DNA of 46,887 bases from an uncultured Gemmatimonas sp. (lineage in GTDB: Bacteria > Gemmatimonadota > Gemmatimonadetes > Gemmatimonadales > Gemmatimonadaceae). The notes below the pieces were generated by a model. The model was not told the origin of the DNA. It searched no databases and saw only the letters and a list, made by a program, of their open reading frames with translations. This document shows positions 1-9,100 of the stretch, piece after piece. The position numbers and the translations under genes were made by a program. The stretch's first letter is position 1. Each line of letters opens with the position of its first letter. The stretch covers positions 1 to 46,887 of the forward strand of contig CAYSKN010000001.1 in the NCBI GenBank assembly GCA_964431565.1. The letters are read 5' to 3'.

Positions 1-466
1 TGTCGACGTCGCCCAGGGTGTCCTGCAGTACCTCATCCAGCTTCTCATTGGTCTGTAGGTTTGCCCGCAGATTGGAAAGTTCCGTGCGCAGCTCGAGAAG
101 TTCGCGGAGAGGCTTGACCTGCCGCGCCACGTTCTCCGGATTGAAGTCGTCCATGCTCCGGAAATTCAATTCGACGCCCAGTTTCTGTGCCTCGGCATCA
201 TCGGAGAGCTTGTTTTCCACCGCGAACTGAAGACGGGGCTTCATGCTTGCGAGAGTGTCGTCGAAGTTGTCCGGTGTTATCTCGACGAACTTGCGATCCT
301 TCAGGCGGGTGAGCGGCTCGGCAGGATTGCCACTGAAATCTCCCATGACGCCCATTAGGAACGGGAGCTCCTTCATTTCTATGGCGCCACCCGTTTCGAC
401 CTCATAGGAGATCTGAATCCTGGGGGGACGAACGCGCTCCAGTTTCTTCTGGGTACTGTCGGCCAT
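1..466 (-). CDS. tssB: T6SS contractile sheath small subunit TssB (VipA/ImpB), 3' end runs off the window
   Basis: Not in the ORF track because there is no stop in the window. Manual translation from the ATG at 466 gives MADSTQKKLERVRPPRIQISYEVETGGAIEMKELPFLMGVMGDFSG...LKDRKFVEITPDNFDD...FRSMDDFNPENVARQVKPLRELLELR, the typical TssB signature. GGAG lies 6 nt upstream. Confidence 0.95.
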   Translation of the reverse strand, partial: MADSTQKKLERVRPPRIQISYEVETGGAIEMKELPFLMGVMGDFSGNPAEPLTRLKDRKFVEITPDNFDDTLASMKPRLQFAVENKLSDDAEAQKLGVELNFRSMDDFNPENVARQVKPLRELLELRTELSNLRANLQTNEKLDEVLQDTLGDVD

Positions 467-775
467 GCGATACTCCGGCGCGATGTGTCAGTCAGTGGTG
501 AAACTTCATAATTCGGGCTTTCGTCTAGTGTTCGTCACATTCCAGCCAATGTCAAGCACATGCAGCGTGACAGTCCTGCTGCGGGTGATCGTCGTTACAA
601 CGTCCACTGTGGTGACGGTGGAATCGCCGGACATCCGTCGGAGAATACTCAGTCGCTCACCCGGGTGCAGTCTTGATACCGATTTCGCCCGGACCCCAAA
701 CAATCAGGAAGGGCTGTCAATGCTCCGGATCACGCTTTACTCAGCCCTGACGATCATGAAGTCCAGGAGATACGT

Positions 776-2128
776 TTGAGCATGCCTCACCTGCCTCCGG
801 TTCTATGGACAAAGGGCGATCTTCTCACGCCCCAGCACCTGCAGGCGCAGGACCGTAATCATGAGGAGTCGCTCGCCTTTCAGGTGGGTGCCCTGACTTT
901 CTGTCCGTGGGGCTTTACCAGGATAGCATTTGATCCGTCGGCGCTGGCCGGGGGTACGCTCGTGGTGAATGGAGTGTCCGGACGTTTCCCGGATGGGCTT
1001 CTCTTCGACGTTCCGCTCACCGGACCTACTCCACCACCCAAGTCTATAGCATCCGCCGGTTCGCCGGATCACCGAGGGCTGCTCGTATATCTCGGGGTGC
1101 CGGAGTATCGTCCGGGCGCACGCAATGTGGCACGGCCCGGTGATGCGGTGCTGACTCGCTGGCAAGCCGATGAGCAACTGGTGCGCGACGAAACAACCGG
1201 CCTTACGGAGCGGCCCATTCAGGTTGCGCCACCAACACTGCGCCTTCTGCTCGAAGGTGAAAGCCTCGAGGGATATACGGCGATGCCCGTGGCGCGCCTG
1301 CTCCGCGGCGAGGGCAGTGACATGTCCTTCGACCACGCGTTCGTGCCTCCTCTGCTGGATCTGGCGACCAGCGACTTCATGACAGCGCTCATGCGTCGTC
1401 TGGTCGAGCGGCTGTCGGCCCGCAGTGCAGCACTTGCCGGTAGCAGGAGGCAGCGCAACACGGATCTTGCCGATTTCTCCGTGGCGGACGTCGGGAGCTT
1501 CTGGTTGCTCTATACCATCAATACACATCTGCCGACACTGCGACATATCTACGAGGTGCGCAGGGGACACCCGGCAGCCCTTTGGGAAGCGATGCTTGCG
1601 CTTGTGGGCGCACTGTCCTCCTTTTCGACGACGGCCGATGCACGCACTCTGCCAGCCTATGATCACCTGCGGCTCGGAGAGTGCTTTGCCCAACTCGAGC
1701 GAAGGCTGTTCGAACTGCTGGAGGGAGCGGTTGTGGACCAAGCCGTGGCTCTGCAGCTGAAGGCCGTGCGACCCACGCTGCACGCAGTGGCGTTAGAGCA
1801 GGCTGCGTGGCTCGAGGCGCCTCAGTGGTTCCTGGCGGTGAGTTTGCCTCTCAGGCAGCAGGAGCTTATCGCAAAGGTCATGCAGGCGTGCAAGGTGGGC
1901 TCGGCAGATGTTGTCGACACCTTGATAAGACAGGCACTTCCGGGAATCGAACTTGCCCATGTCTCGGCACCGCCTGCTGCTGTGCCGGTCAAGCTCGATT
2001 TCCAGTATTTCGCTATCCGGAAAGCAGGTGGAGCGTGGGACGCTATTGTTCGCGCCCGGAACCTGGCGGTATATGTGCCGGCGGAGCTGGCGGATGCGCG
2101 CTTCGAGCTGGTGATTGTGCTGCGCTGA
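776..2128 (+). CDS. tssK: T6SS baseplate subunit TssK, copy 1
   Basis: N-terminal VLWTKGDLLTPQHLQAQDR, GRFPDG, FVPPLL, HPAALW, YDH and C-terminal LAVYVP...ELVIVLR motifs of TssK/ImpJ/VasE. AGGAG at 765-769; start is TTG 776 or ATG 782. Confidence 0.92.
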   Translation: MSMPHLPPVLWTKGDLLTPQHLQAQDRNHEESLAFQVGALTFCPWGFTRIAFDPSALAGGTLVVNGVSGRFPDGLLFDVPLTGPTPPPKSIASAGSPDHRGLLVYLGVPEYRPGARNVARPGDAVLTRWQADEQLVRDETTGLTERPIQVAPPTLRLLLEGESLEGYTAMPVARLLRGEGSDMSFDHAFVPPLLDLATSDFMTALMRRLVERLSARSAALAGSRRQRNTDLADFSVADVGSFWLLYTINTHLPTLRHIYEVRRGHPAALWEAMLALVGALSSFSTTADARTLPAYDHLRLGECFAQLERRLFELLEGAVVDQAVALQLKAVRPTLHAVALEQAAWLEAPQWFLAVSLPLRQQELIAKVMQACKVGSADVVDTLIRQALPGIELAHVSAPPAAVPVKLDFQYFAIRKAGGAWDAIVRARNLAVYVPAELADARFELVIVLR

Positions 2129-2221
2129 ACCCGTCGGAGGCGTTGGGGTCAGGACGTGCCCCAAGCCGGGTGAGCTGAGACTTCAGCCGGTGGTCCGCCG
2201 TTAGACGGCCATGCGGATACA

Positions 2222-3601
2222 CTACCGGCTCCCGTTGGTAGGGGTTTGGGGTACCGACTGAGGCACCTGAGGCGCAGGTGGGGTGGAAGCGGGCGGAGCG
2301 GGTGCCGGACGCATAGATACAACAGCAATGAGCACGATGGCGATCAGCACAACTGCATTGATCACGATGATGAGACCCACCGGGATGTTTCGCTTTCTCT
2401 TTCCCCCGGTCAATATCCCGCTCCCACGCTGATCGCTGGCAACAGACTGCGCTGGTGTACTCACAACCGGAGCGGGAGCCTTGCTGATCATGCGAGTGAA
2501 ATCGCTGGGACCGGTTGTGCGGGCAGCAGCCGGCCCCGAGTCGCCAAGCGGCGAGAGCGGGGTATGCCCCCCTCCAGGAGCAAAGATCGGCGGAGGAAGG
2601 ATGCCTGGACCACCTCCACCAGAGGGTGTGTCAAAGAGCACACCGCTGGTCGACAGTGGTGAGGTACCGGCTGGTGCGGAGGTCGCACCACCGTCAGTTG
2701 CGATGGGGAATGCCTTTGCTGAAATGGGCGCTGCCGGGACAAGGGGAGACGCTGGCCCGGAGGGTAACGGAGAAAATGCATTGCCAAAGAGCGGGACTTC
2801 GAGGGGTGACGGAGGCTGAGCTCCGGTCGGAGTCGCAGCGACCGGCGGCCACGCCTGCTCGCCTGGTGAGAGGGGAGGAATGGTGGGAGAAGGAGTGGTG
2901 TTTAGGGCGGTGACTGGGACCGGAAGGCCTGGAATAACCGGGGAAGGGACAGCAGGAGATATTGGAAGAGCAACGGGAGACGGTGGCGTGATCTGCGGAA
3001 GTGGAGCTGCGGTGGCCGGCTTTGAGAACATCCGAGTGAATTCACCCGGGGCTACTCTTGGTTCTGTGGTCTGGTTCTTGTTCGATAGCGCTGCGATGCT
3101 GATGCGCGACTGATCAGATGATGTTTCAATAGGACGCTGTTGTGGTGGACCATGCGACGATTGGCCAGGAACGTTCGGGGCACCGAACATCAGGGTGAAG
3201 GCGCTCGGCGGCTTGCTCTCGGCAGGGGGTACTTGGAGCGGGAGCGGAGTCGGTGCCAGCTCAACCACAGCATCCGGCACGGTGAGAGCAGGCGGCCGGT
3301 TCTTGGATAATGACCGTTGCGCGAGCCACGCCGGAAACGAAACCAGCCCGGCAAGGAACTCCGTCACGACTGCGAATCCCGAGGCGAGCGTAGCCGTTTC
3401 CAGGATCCGGTTTCTGTCGGCGTCCGACAATCCACTCAGGAGACGCTGCAGGCGGTCGACGTCTTCCGGCCCTGCAGCATCCGCTAGGTGCACCATCACC
3501 ACGCGGCCGGTGGCAAGTTCCTGCGCGTTGTGCGTGCGTATGCCCTCTTCCACTGCCACGCACTTGAGCAGGCGGTAACGGGAATTGAAATCGTCGCTCA
3601 T
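2222..3601 (-). CDS. T6SS-associated bitopic membrane protein: degenerate Ser/Thr-kinase N-lobe, long Pro-rich linker with three FTxM[FI] motifs, C-terminal TM helix
   Basis: Probable start MSDDFNSRYRLLK at 3601 (ORF open to 3709). RYRLLKCVAVEEGIRTHNAQELATGRVVMVHL resembles kinase subdomains I-II. TM helix IPVGLIIVINAVVLIAIVLIAVVSM is preceded by KRKR. Confidence 0.7.
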   Translation of the reverse strand: MSDDFNSRYRLLKCVAVEEGIRTHNAQELATGRVVMVHLADAAGPEDVDRLQRLLSGLSDADRNRILETATLASGFAVVTEFLAGLVSFPAWLAQRSLSKNRPPALTVPDAVVELAPTPLPLQVPPAESKPPSAFTLMFGAPNVPGQSSHGPPQQRPIETSSDQSRISIAALSNKNQTTEPRVAPGEFTRMFSKPATAAPLPQITPPSPVALPISPAVPSPVIPGLPVPVTALNTTPSPTIPPLSPGEQAWPPVAATPTGAQPPSPLEVPLFGNAFSPLPSGPASPLVPAAPISAKAFPIATDGGATSAPAGTSPLSTSGVLFDTPSGGGGPGILPPPIFAPGGGHTPLSPLGDSGPAAARTTGPSDFTRMISKAPAPVVSTPAQSVASDQRGSGILTGGKRKRNIPVGLIIVINAVVLIAIVLIAVVSMRPAPAPPASTPPAPQVPQSVPQTPTNGSR

Positions 3602-3828
3602 GTCGCTCTGCGTACCTTGAAGTACATGAGTGGTGTTCACACAAGTGCCGGAGCCGGTTGACTGAGGTGGTTGGTAACCGGAACAGCGGTATATTCTTCT
3701 ATTGTTCAACTGTGGGCGCGCAATCGCAATTGCAGCTTCCAGCTGAGCATCACGTCCGGTACGATCCCAAACGGCTAAAGAAGTATTCGCAGTTCGCTCA
3801 TCTTACCTCAGCATCTCGCTTGTTTCCG

Positions 3829-3881
3829 CCTCCCTCTCTCCCTCCCCCTCCCCCTCCCTCTCCCTCTCCCTCTCCCCTCCT
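3829..3881. repeat. 53-nt pure pyrimidine (C/T) low-complexity tract of CCCTC/CCCTCT-type units; G-rich on the minus strand
   Basis: CCTCCCTCTCTCCCTCCCCCTCCCCCTCCCTCTCCCTCTCCCTCTCCCCTCCT lies directly before the tssK2 Shine-Dalgarno. Confidence 0.9.
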
Positions 3882-3896
3882 GAAGGAGCAGTGCCC

Positions 3897-5273
3897 GTGC
3901 ACCTGACGTCGTTGCCGTCGCGTCGTGTTGTCTGGGAGGATGGCATGAATCTGACGCCTCAGCACTTCCAGGCACAACGTCGATATCACGAGGACCAGAC
4001 TGCGCGCACCCTCGGGGCCATGGTGCCGTTTGGCTGGGGTCTTTCAGCCATAGCGGTGGATGAGGATGGCTTGAGCAATGGGACCTTCGCAGTACTTGAG
4101 GTTCGTGGTGTATTTCCGGATGGAACCATTTTTCGGGTTCCTGACGTAGATGAAGTTCCCCGACCGGTGACCATTGCAGACCGATTTTCGCCCACTCGGG
4201 ACGCTCACGTGGTGTACTTGGCGATGGCACCGTGGCGGCCGGACGCACCCAACGTGCAGGATCCGGCATCAGCCTCTCCATCCCGTTTTCGTGTTCACGA
4301 GGAAGTGGTCACTGACGAGTTCACCGGCGCCGATCCGCTAGCCATCCGCTTCGCTGCACAGAATCTCCGCGTATTGCTGGATGATGAGGTCACGGATGAT
4401 GTTGTGGCCACGCCGATGGCACGCATCCTGCGGGACGGACGGGGTCAGTTTCGGCTTGACGTCAATTTCGTTCCACCTTGTCTGCAGATCGGTGCCAGCG
4501 AGCGACTGCTCAGGCTGACTCGCGAGCTCGTGGATCTGCTCCAAGCCAAAGGCGGTTCCCTTGTTGCAACTATGGCTCTGGCACCCTCGGGCGCAACCGG
4601 TGGAAGCTCAGCCTACATGGGGAATGAACTGGCGACTCGCTGGCTGCTGCATGCCGTGCGTTCTGCGGATGCACCCCTGAGGCATCTTCTGTCCACACAC
4701 AAGGCACATCCGGAACGGCTGTATGGTGAGCTGTCCCGCCTGGCAGGTGCGCTGTGCACGTTCTCAATGACAGCCCAGATCACGGATGTGCCATCTTACG
4801 ATCATGGTGCCCCGACCGAGACATTTGATGCGTTGGAGCGTCTTCTGCGGGCACATTTGGAGTTCGTGATATCTGCGCGTACGCTGATCATGCCTTTTCA
4901 GCAGACAGGTTCACTGCTTCATACGACAGCAATCACAGATGCGCGATGTTTCGAGCGTGGCGCCCGGTGGTTTCTTGGTGTACGTGCCGAGCTCGGGCGC
5001 GCTGAGCTCATAGATCGTGTACAGAGACTGACGAAGACATGTGCCAGCAAGTTCGTTCTGGAACTGGTGCGGCGCGCCTACAATGGTCTGGCGACCGAAT
5101 ACGTCCCATCACCGCCCTCGGGTATGGCCCCGAAGGTGGATCTGACGTATTTCGAACTGGCCATTGAAGGTCCGTGCGCCGTCTCGCTTCAAGAGAGCCG
5201 TGAGGTGGGGGTCTATGTTCCGGAAGCGCTTCCTGGCACGTACATGGAGTTGGTGGTGTTGTTGTCGAAGTAG
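3897..5273 (+). CDS. tssK: T6SS baseplate subunit TssK, copy 2
   Basis: RVVWEDGMNLTPQHFQAQRRY, GVFPDG, FVPPCL, HPERLYGELSRLAGALCTFS, YDH and VYVP motifs. AAGGAG at 3883-3888 favours GTG 3897 over GTG 3891. Confidence 0.93.
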   Translation: MHLTSLPSRRVVWEDGMNLTPQHFQAQRRYHEDQTARTLGAMVPFGWGLSAIAVDEDGLSNGTFAVLEVRGVFPDGTIFRVPDVDEVPRPVTIADRFSPTRDAHVVYLAMAPWRPDAPNVQDPASASPSRFRVHEEVVTDEFTGADPLAIRFAAQNLRVLLDDEVTDDVVATPMARILRDGRGQFRLDVNFVPPCLQIGASERLLRLTRELVDLLQAKGGSLVATMALAPSGATGGSSAYMGNELATRWLLHAVRSADAPLRHLLSTHKAHPERLYGELSRLAGALCTFSMTAQITDVPSYDHGAPTETFDALERLLRAHLEFVISARTLIMPFQQTGSLLHTTAITDARCFERGARWFLGVRAELGRAELIDRVQRLTKTCASKFVLELVRRAYNGLATEYVPSPPSGMAPKVDLTYFELAIEGPCAVSLQESREVGVYVPEALPGTYMELVVLLSK

Positions 5274-5366
5274 GAGCAGTGCTGTATCCGGTTCCGGTGT
5301 GGCTGCCGCAACTGGTACGCAGATTCACCGCCGTCTTCGACTCCGATTTCTTCCAGAGGGTCTGTT

Positions 5367-6092
5367 ATGGCCGTTACGACCAGGACGTCAGGGCGACTTG
5401 CAGGCTCCATGCAGGAGGCGCTCACAGCCGTCGTGCGTCTGCGTGCGGATCGGCAATCGGTTAACGATGCCGTCGCATTTCGTGCACAAATGCTGCAGTT
5501 GCTCACCCGCGCCGAACAGGATGCTCTGCAACTGGGTCACACCACCCAGGATGCACGAATCGCAATCTTTGCGATAGTTGCATTTCTCGACGAGTCGGTG
5601 CTCAACGCCCGCGTCCCTGCGCTTGCGGAGTGGGCACGTCGTCCACTGCAGGATGAGCTTTTTGGTGGACACATGGGCGGAGAGTGGTTCTTCCAGCATA
5701 TCGACCAGTTGCTGGCGCGTCCGGATAGTACTGCCCTGGCGGACCTTCTGGAGGTGTACCAGCTATGCATGCTCCTGGGTTTTCGAGGGAAGTACGGTAC
5801 CAGCGAAAGCACTCAACTGCATGCAATCACCACCAGGGTCAGTGAACGTCTGAATCACATTCGTAGTCTGTCGGTCGATCTCGCGCCGCACTGGCAACCC
5901 CCTGCAGACAAGGTCGAGACACGTGACCCTTGGGTGCGACCATTGGCGATCGGTGCGATCGGTGCGGTGGGCCTGCTGGTACTGTTGTGGGGTGCCTATT
6001 CGCTGAGCCTGCGCAGTGGTACCGGCAGGATACGTTCGATGGCACCTGTTTCCTTGTCCCCCGCAGCTTCGATGACCTCCTCCGTCCGCTGA
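5367..6092 (+). CDS. tssL: T6SS membrane subunit TssL (DotU family), no OmpA-like domain
   Basis: FAIVAFLDESVL, W..RPLQDELFGGHMGGEWFF and LEVYQLCMLLGFRGKY motifs, plus a C-terminal TM helix. Confidence 0.93.
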   Translation: MAVTTRTSGRLAGSMQEALTAVVRLRADRQSVNDAVAFRAQMLQLLTRAEQDALQLGHTTQDARIAIFAIVAFLDESVLNARVPALAEWARRPLQDELFGGHMGGEWFFQHIDQLLARPDSTALADLLEVYQLCMLLGFRGKYGTSESTQLHAITTRVSERLNHIRSLSVDLAPHWQPPADKVETRDPWVRPLAIGAIGAVGLLVLLWGAYSLSLRSGTGRIRSMAPVSLSPAASMTSSVR

Positions 6093-6125
6093 ACCGAGTT
6101 TTCACCGTTACACACGGCTGGTCTC

Positions 6126-9100
6126 ATGGCGTCTCGTAAACCTGCCAAACAATGGATCATCGCTGCCGCCGTCTTAATGGCGTTTGTGACTGTGATCATC
6201 ATGCTCGAGCGGCTCATGACGCTCGACATGGTCTCGCTCTGGGTTCTGCGCATCGGCCTGACATTGCTTGGTCTGATTGCGGCGGGAGCCATCGTGTGGT
6301 TTCTGAGCTCACAGGACAGTGAATCAGCGATCGATACTGGTGATGATGTACTGCTCGCCATCAGCGCAGCGCGTGCGCGCATGTCACGCGGAAGATTTGC
6401 TTCGAGCAAGCTGGTTCTGCTGCTTGGTCCCGAGGGAAGTGCGAGGACGTCTCTTGTCGCGCGATCCGGCGGTGATCCGCAACTCCTGGCGGGCGATGCC
6501 CCGTCGGGTACCGATGAAGCACCGGTACCCACAAGGACCGCAAATATATGGTTGATGCAGAATACCGTGCTGGTGGAGCTCACCAGCGCTCTACTCACCG
6601 ATCCATCGAGGTTTGCCAGGATCGTGCGGGCCCTTCGGGCACCACGCGTGGCTGCAGCAGTTGGTCGAAGTGAAGCTGCCCCCCGCGCGGCGGTTGTTTG
6701 CGTGCCGTGTGACCTGTTTCATGCTGGTGGCAGCGGTGAGCAGTTGCAGCAACTCGCACACATGATGCGTCAGCGTCTGTCGGATGCTTCGCGCGAGCTG
6801 GGCCTGGCGCTGCCTGTTTATGTTGTCTTCACCAGAATGGATCGGATCCCGCATTTTGAGCCCTGGGCGGGCGCGTTCACGAAGGAGGAATTGCGTTCTC
6901 CGCTCGGTGCGACACTGGCTCTTGATCCCTTGTCCAATACAGGCAACTACGCTGAGCGACTCACGCCGCGTCTTCAGGCGGCCTTCGATGAGCTGGTGCA
7001 GTCGGTCGGTGCACGCAGGGTCGACGTGCTGGGCCGTGAAACCCATATCGACCGACGCTATTCGTCGTACGAGTGGCCGCGCGAGCTGGGTAAGCTGCAG
7101 GCCATGGCTCTGCAGTTCCTGGTGGAATTGTGTCGTCCAACCCAGCTTGGCGCGAGCCCGCAGCTACGAGGCTTTTTCTTCACCGGTGCCCGCCCGATCG
7201 TCGTTACTGATGTGGGTGTGGCTCCAGCAGCTGCGGATGCAGCTGCTCCCACAGAGATGTTCCGTCGTCCGGCCATGCCAGTAACTCCGGCTGCCTCGAT
7301 CAGCAGAAAGATTCCCGAATGGGTATTTCTGGATCGATTCCTTCGCGATGTCGTGATCGCGGACAGCGGTGCGGCGTCGCTGGCACGGGGTGGTGTGAGT
7401 GTGCAGCATACGCGCCGGCTTCTCTTGGGAAGCGCCATCGCGGCCACCCTTTTCGTGATGCTGGGAACGACAGTCTCCTGGGCAGGCAATCGTGCTCTGC
7501 AGGGACGCGTGGCGGATGCGGCTGGTGCGGTGGCCGCACTGCCGGTGATGCAGGCGCTACCAGGAACGGTTGCGTTCCCCAGTTCCGAGGCGCTGACGCG
7601 ACTCGACCTGTTGCGTGCACAACTGGATACGCTGGACCATTACCGGATTGAAGGACCGCCGCTTCGTTTGCGTTTTGGGCTCTGGAGGGGAAGTGCCTTG
7701 CTTGATGCAGCTCGCCCGGTGTGGTACGACGGGTTCCGGAAGCAGCTGTTCGATTATGCATGGACCGCGCTGAGGGATTCGCTCCGGACGTTGCCGGATG
7801 TGCCCACCACGGCCAACGACTACGGGCAGGTATATGGATGGCTAAAGGGATACCTGATCACGACCACCGCACCCGACAGCAGTACGTCGGAGTTTCTTGC
7901 GCCGGTTCTGCTGGCCAGCTGGCAGCGTGGTATGCAGACCGATGCGGACATGACTGCGCTCGCACGCCGGCAGTTCGACTACTTCGCCGATGTATTGCCC
8001 CGGGTGAATCCGTATCCGCGGGCAGCCGATGCATCGATTGTGAGTCATGCGCGTGAATTTCTTTCACGTTTCACCGGTGCTGATCAGATCTATCGCAACA
8101 TGATTGCTGCCGCCAGCAGACAGACACGACCTGTGGTGATTCCGCAGGCGCCGGGCATTCTTACCGCCACACCTGAAGTGCAGGGTGCCTACAGCATCCA
8201 AGGCGCATCGTTCATGAGTGAAGCGTTTCGTAATGCCGATCGCTTCTTCCAGGGTGAAAAGTGGGTGGTGGGTGACGTCACTGCATCGCGGTCGCTGAAT
8301 CGTGATTCTGTTGTGGCTATTCTCCGCACACGTTATCGCGACGACTATGTGCGTACATGGCGTGATGTGGTACAGAGTGTCACGATAATTCGCCCGTCTT
8401 CCGTGAAAGATGCGGCGAGCAGACTCGATGTTCTTGCCGGTGTGCAGTCACCGATCCTGCAGGTACTTCGCACCGTATCGGTGAACACCGCCATTGATTC
8501 AACCATGAGCAGGGCGTTTCAGCCTGTGCAAGCTGTTACACCGCCCGGTATAACGGATAAGTACGTATCCGAGAGCAATCAGCCCTATATGGATGGACTA
8601 CTGGGGCTTCAGGGGGCGCTGCTTCAGGTGGCCAACATGCCCCCCGCAGTGGATACACCCAGCACACAGGCTCTGGTTCAGGCTGCCCAGCTGGCAGCGG
8701 GTGACGTAACGAGGGCGCGCGTGTCGGCAAAGCGGGTATCGCAGGGGTTCGATGTGAGCAGCATTGGCGGTGCACTGGCATCACCAGTAGAGCAACTGCT
8801 GCTTGCACCTATTTCGGGAGCGGAAGCCGTACTCAAGACGGCCGCATCGCAACGACCACCCAATCGCAGAGTGGCGGCTGGTGTACCGGCAGCCGGCGGT
8901 GGAGGCGGTGGAGGCGGTGGAGGCGGTGGAGGCGGTGGAGCTGCCGAGGCGGCCGCACTGAACGAGCGTGGACGTGCACTCTGCTCGCGCATCGATCAGC
9001 TCACTTCGCGTTTCCCCTTCAACCCTGATGCGAGTGCCGATGCAGGTGTTGCCGATGTCAAGGCCATCCTGGCGCCCGGGAGTGGAGAACTGTGGGTATT

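Noticed and set aside
467..775. Sigma70 or sigma54 promoters in the tssB/tssK1 divergent region (TTGACA on the minus strand at 550-555 and 715-720; lone GTGATCC at 727-733)
   Set aside because: No acceptable -10 at the correct spacing (AACACT, GGGGTC), no GG-N10-GC sigma54 pattern found, and the GTGATCC lacks the CGCGT partner.
465..779. 104-aa + strand ORF in the T6SS intergenic region
   Set aside because: No recognisable motifs; it overlaps the tssB start head-to-head and occupies the likely promoter region.
5279..5464. 61-aa ORF after tssK2 as a possible tssJ remnant
   Set aside because: No lipobox or TssJ-like pattern, SD only 2 nt from the GTG, and it overlaps tssL out of frame.
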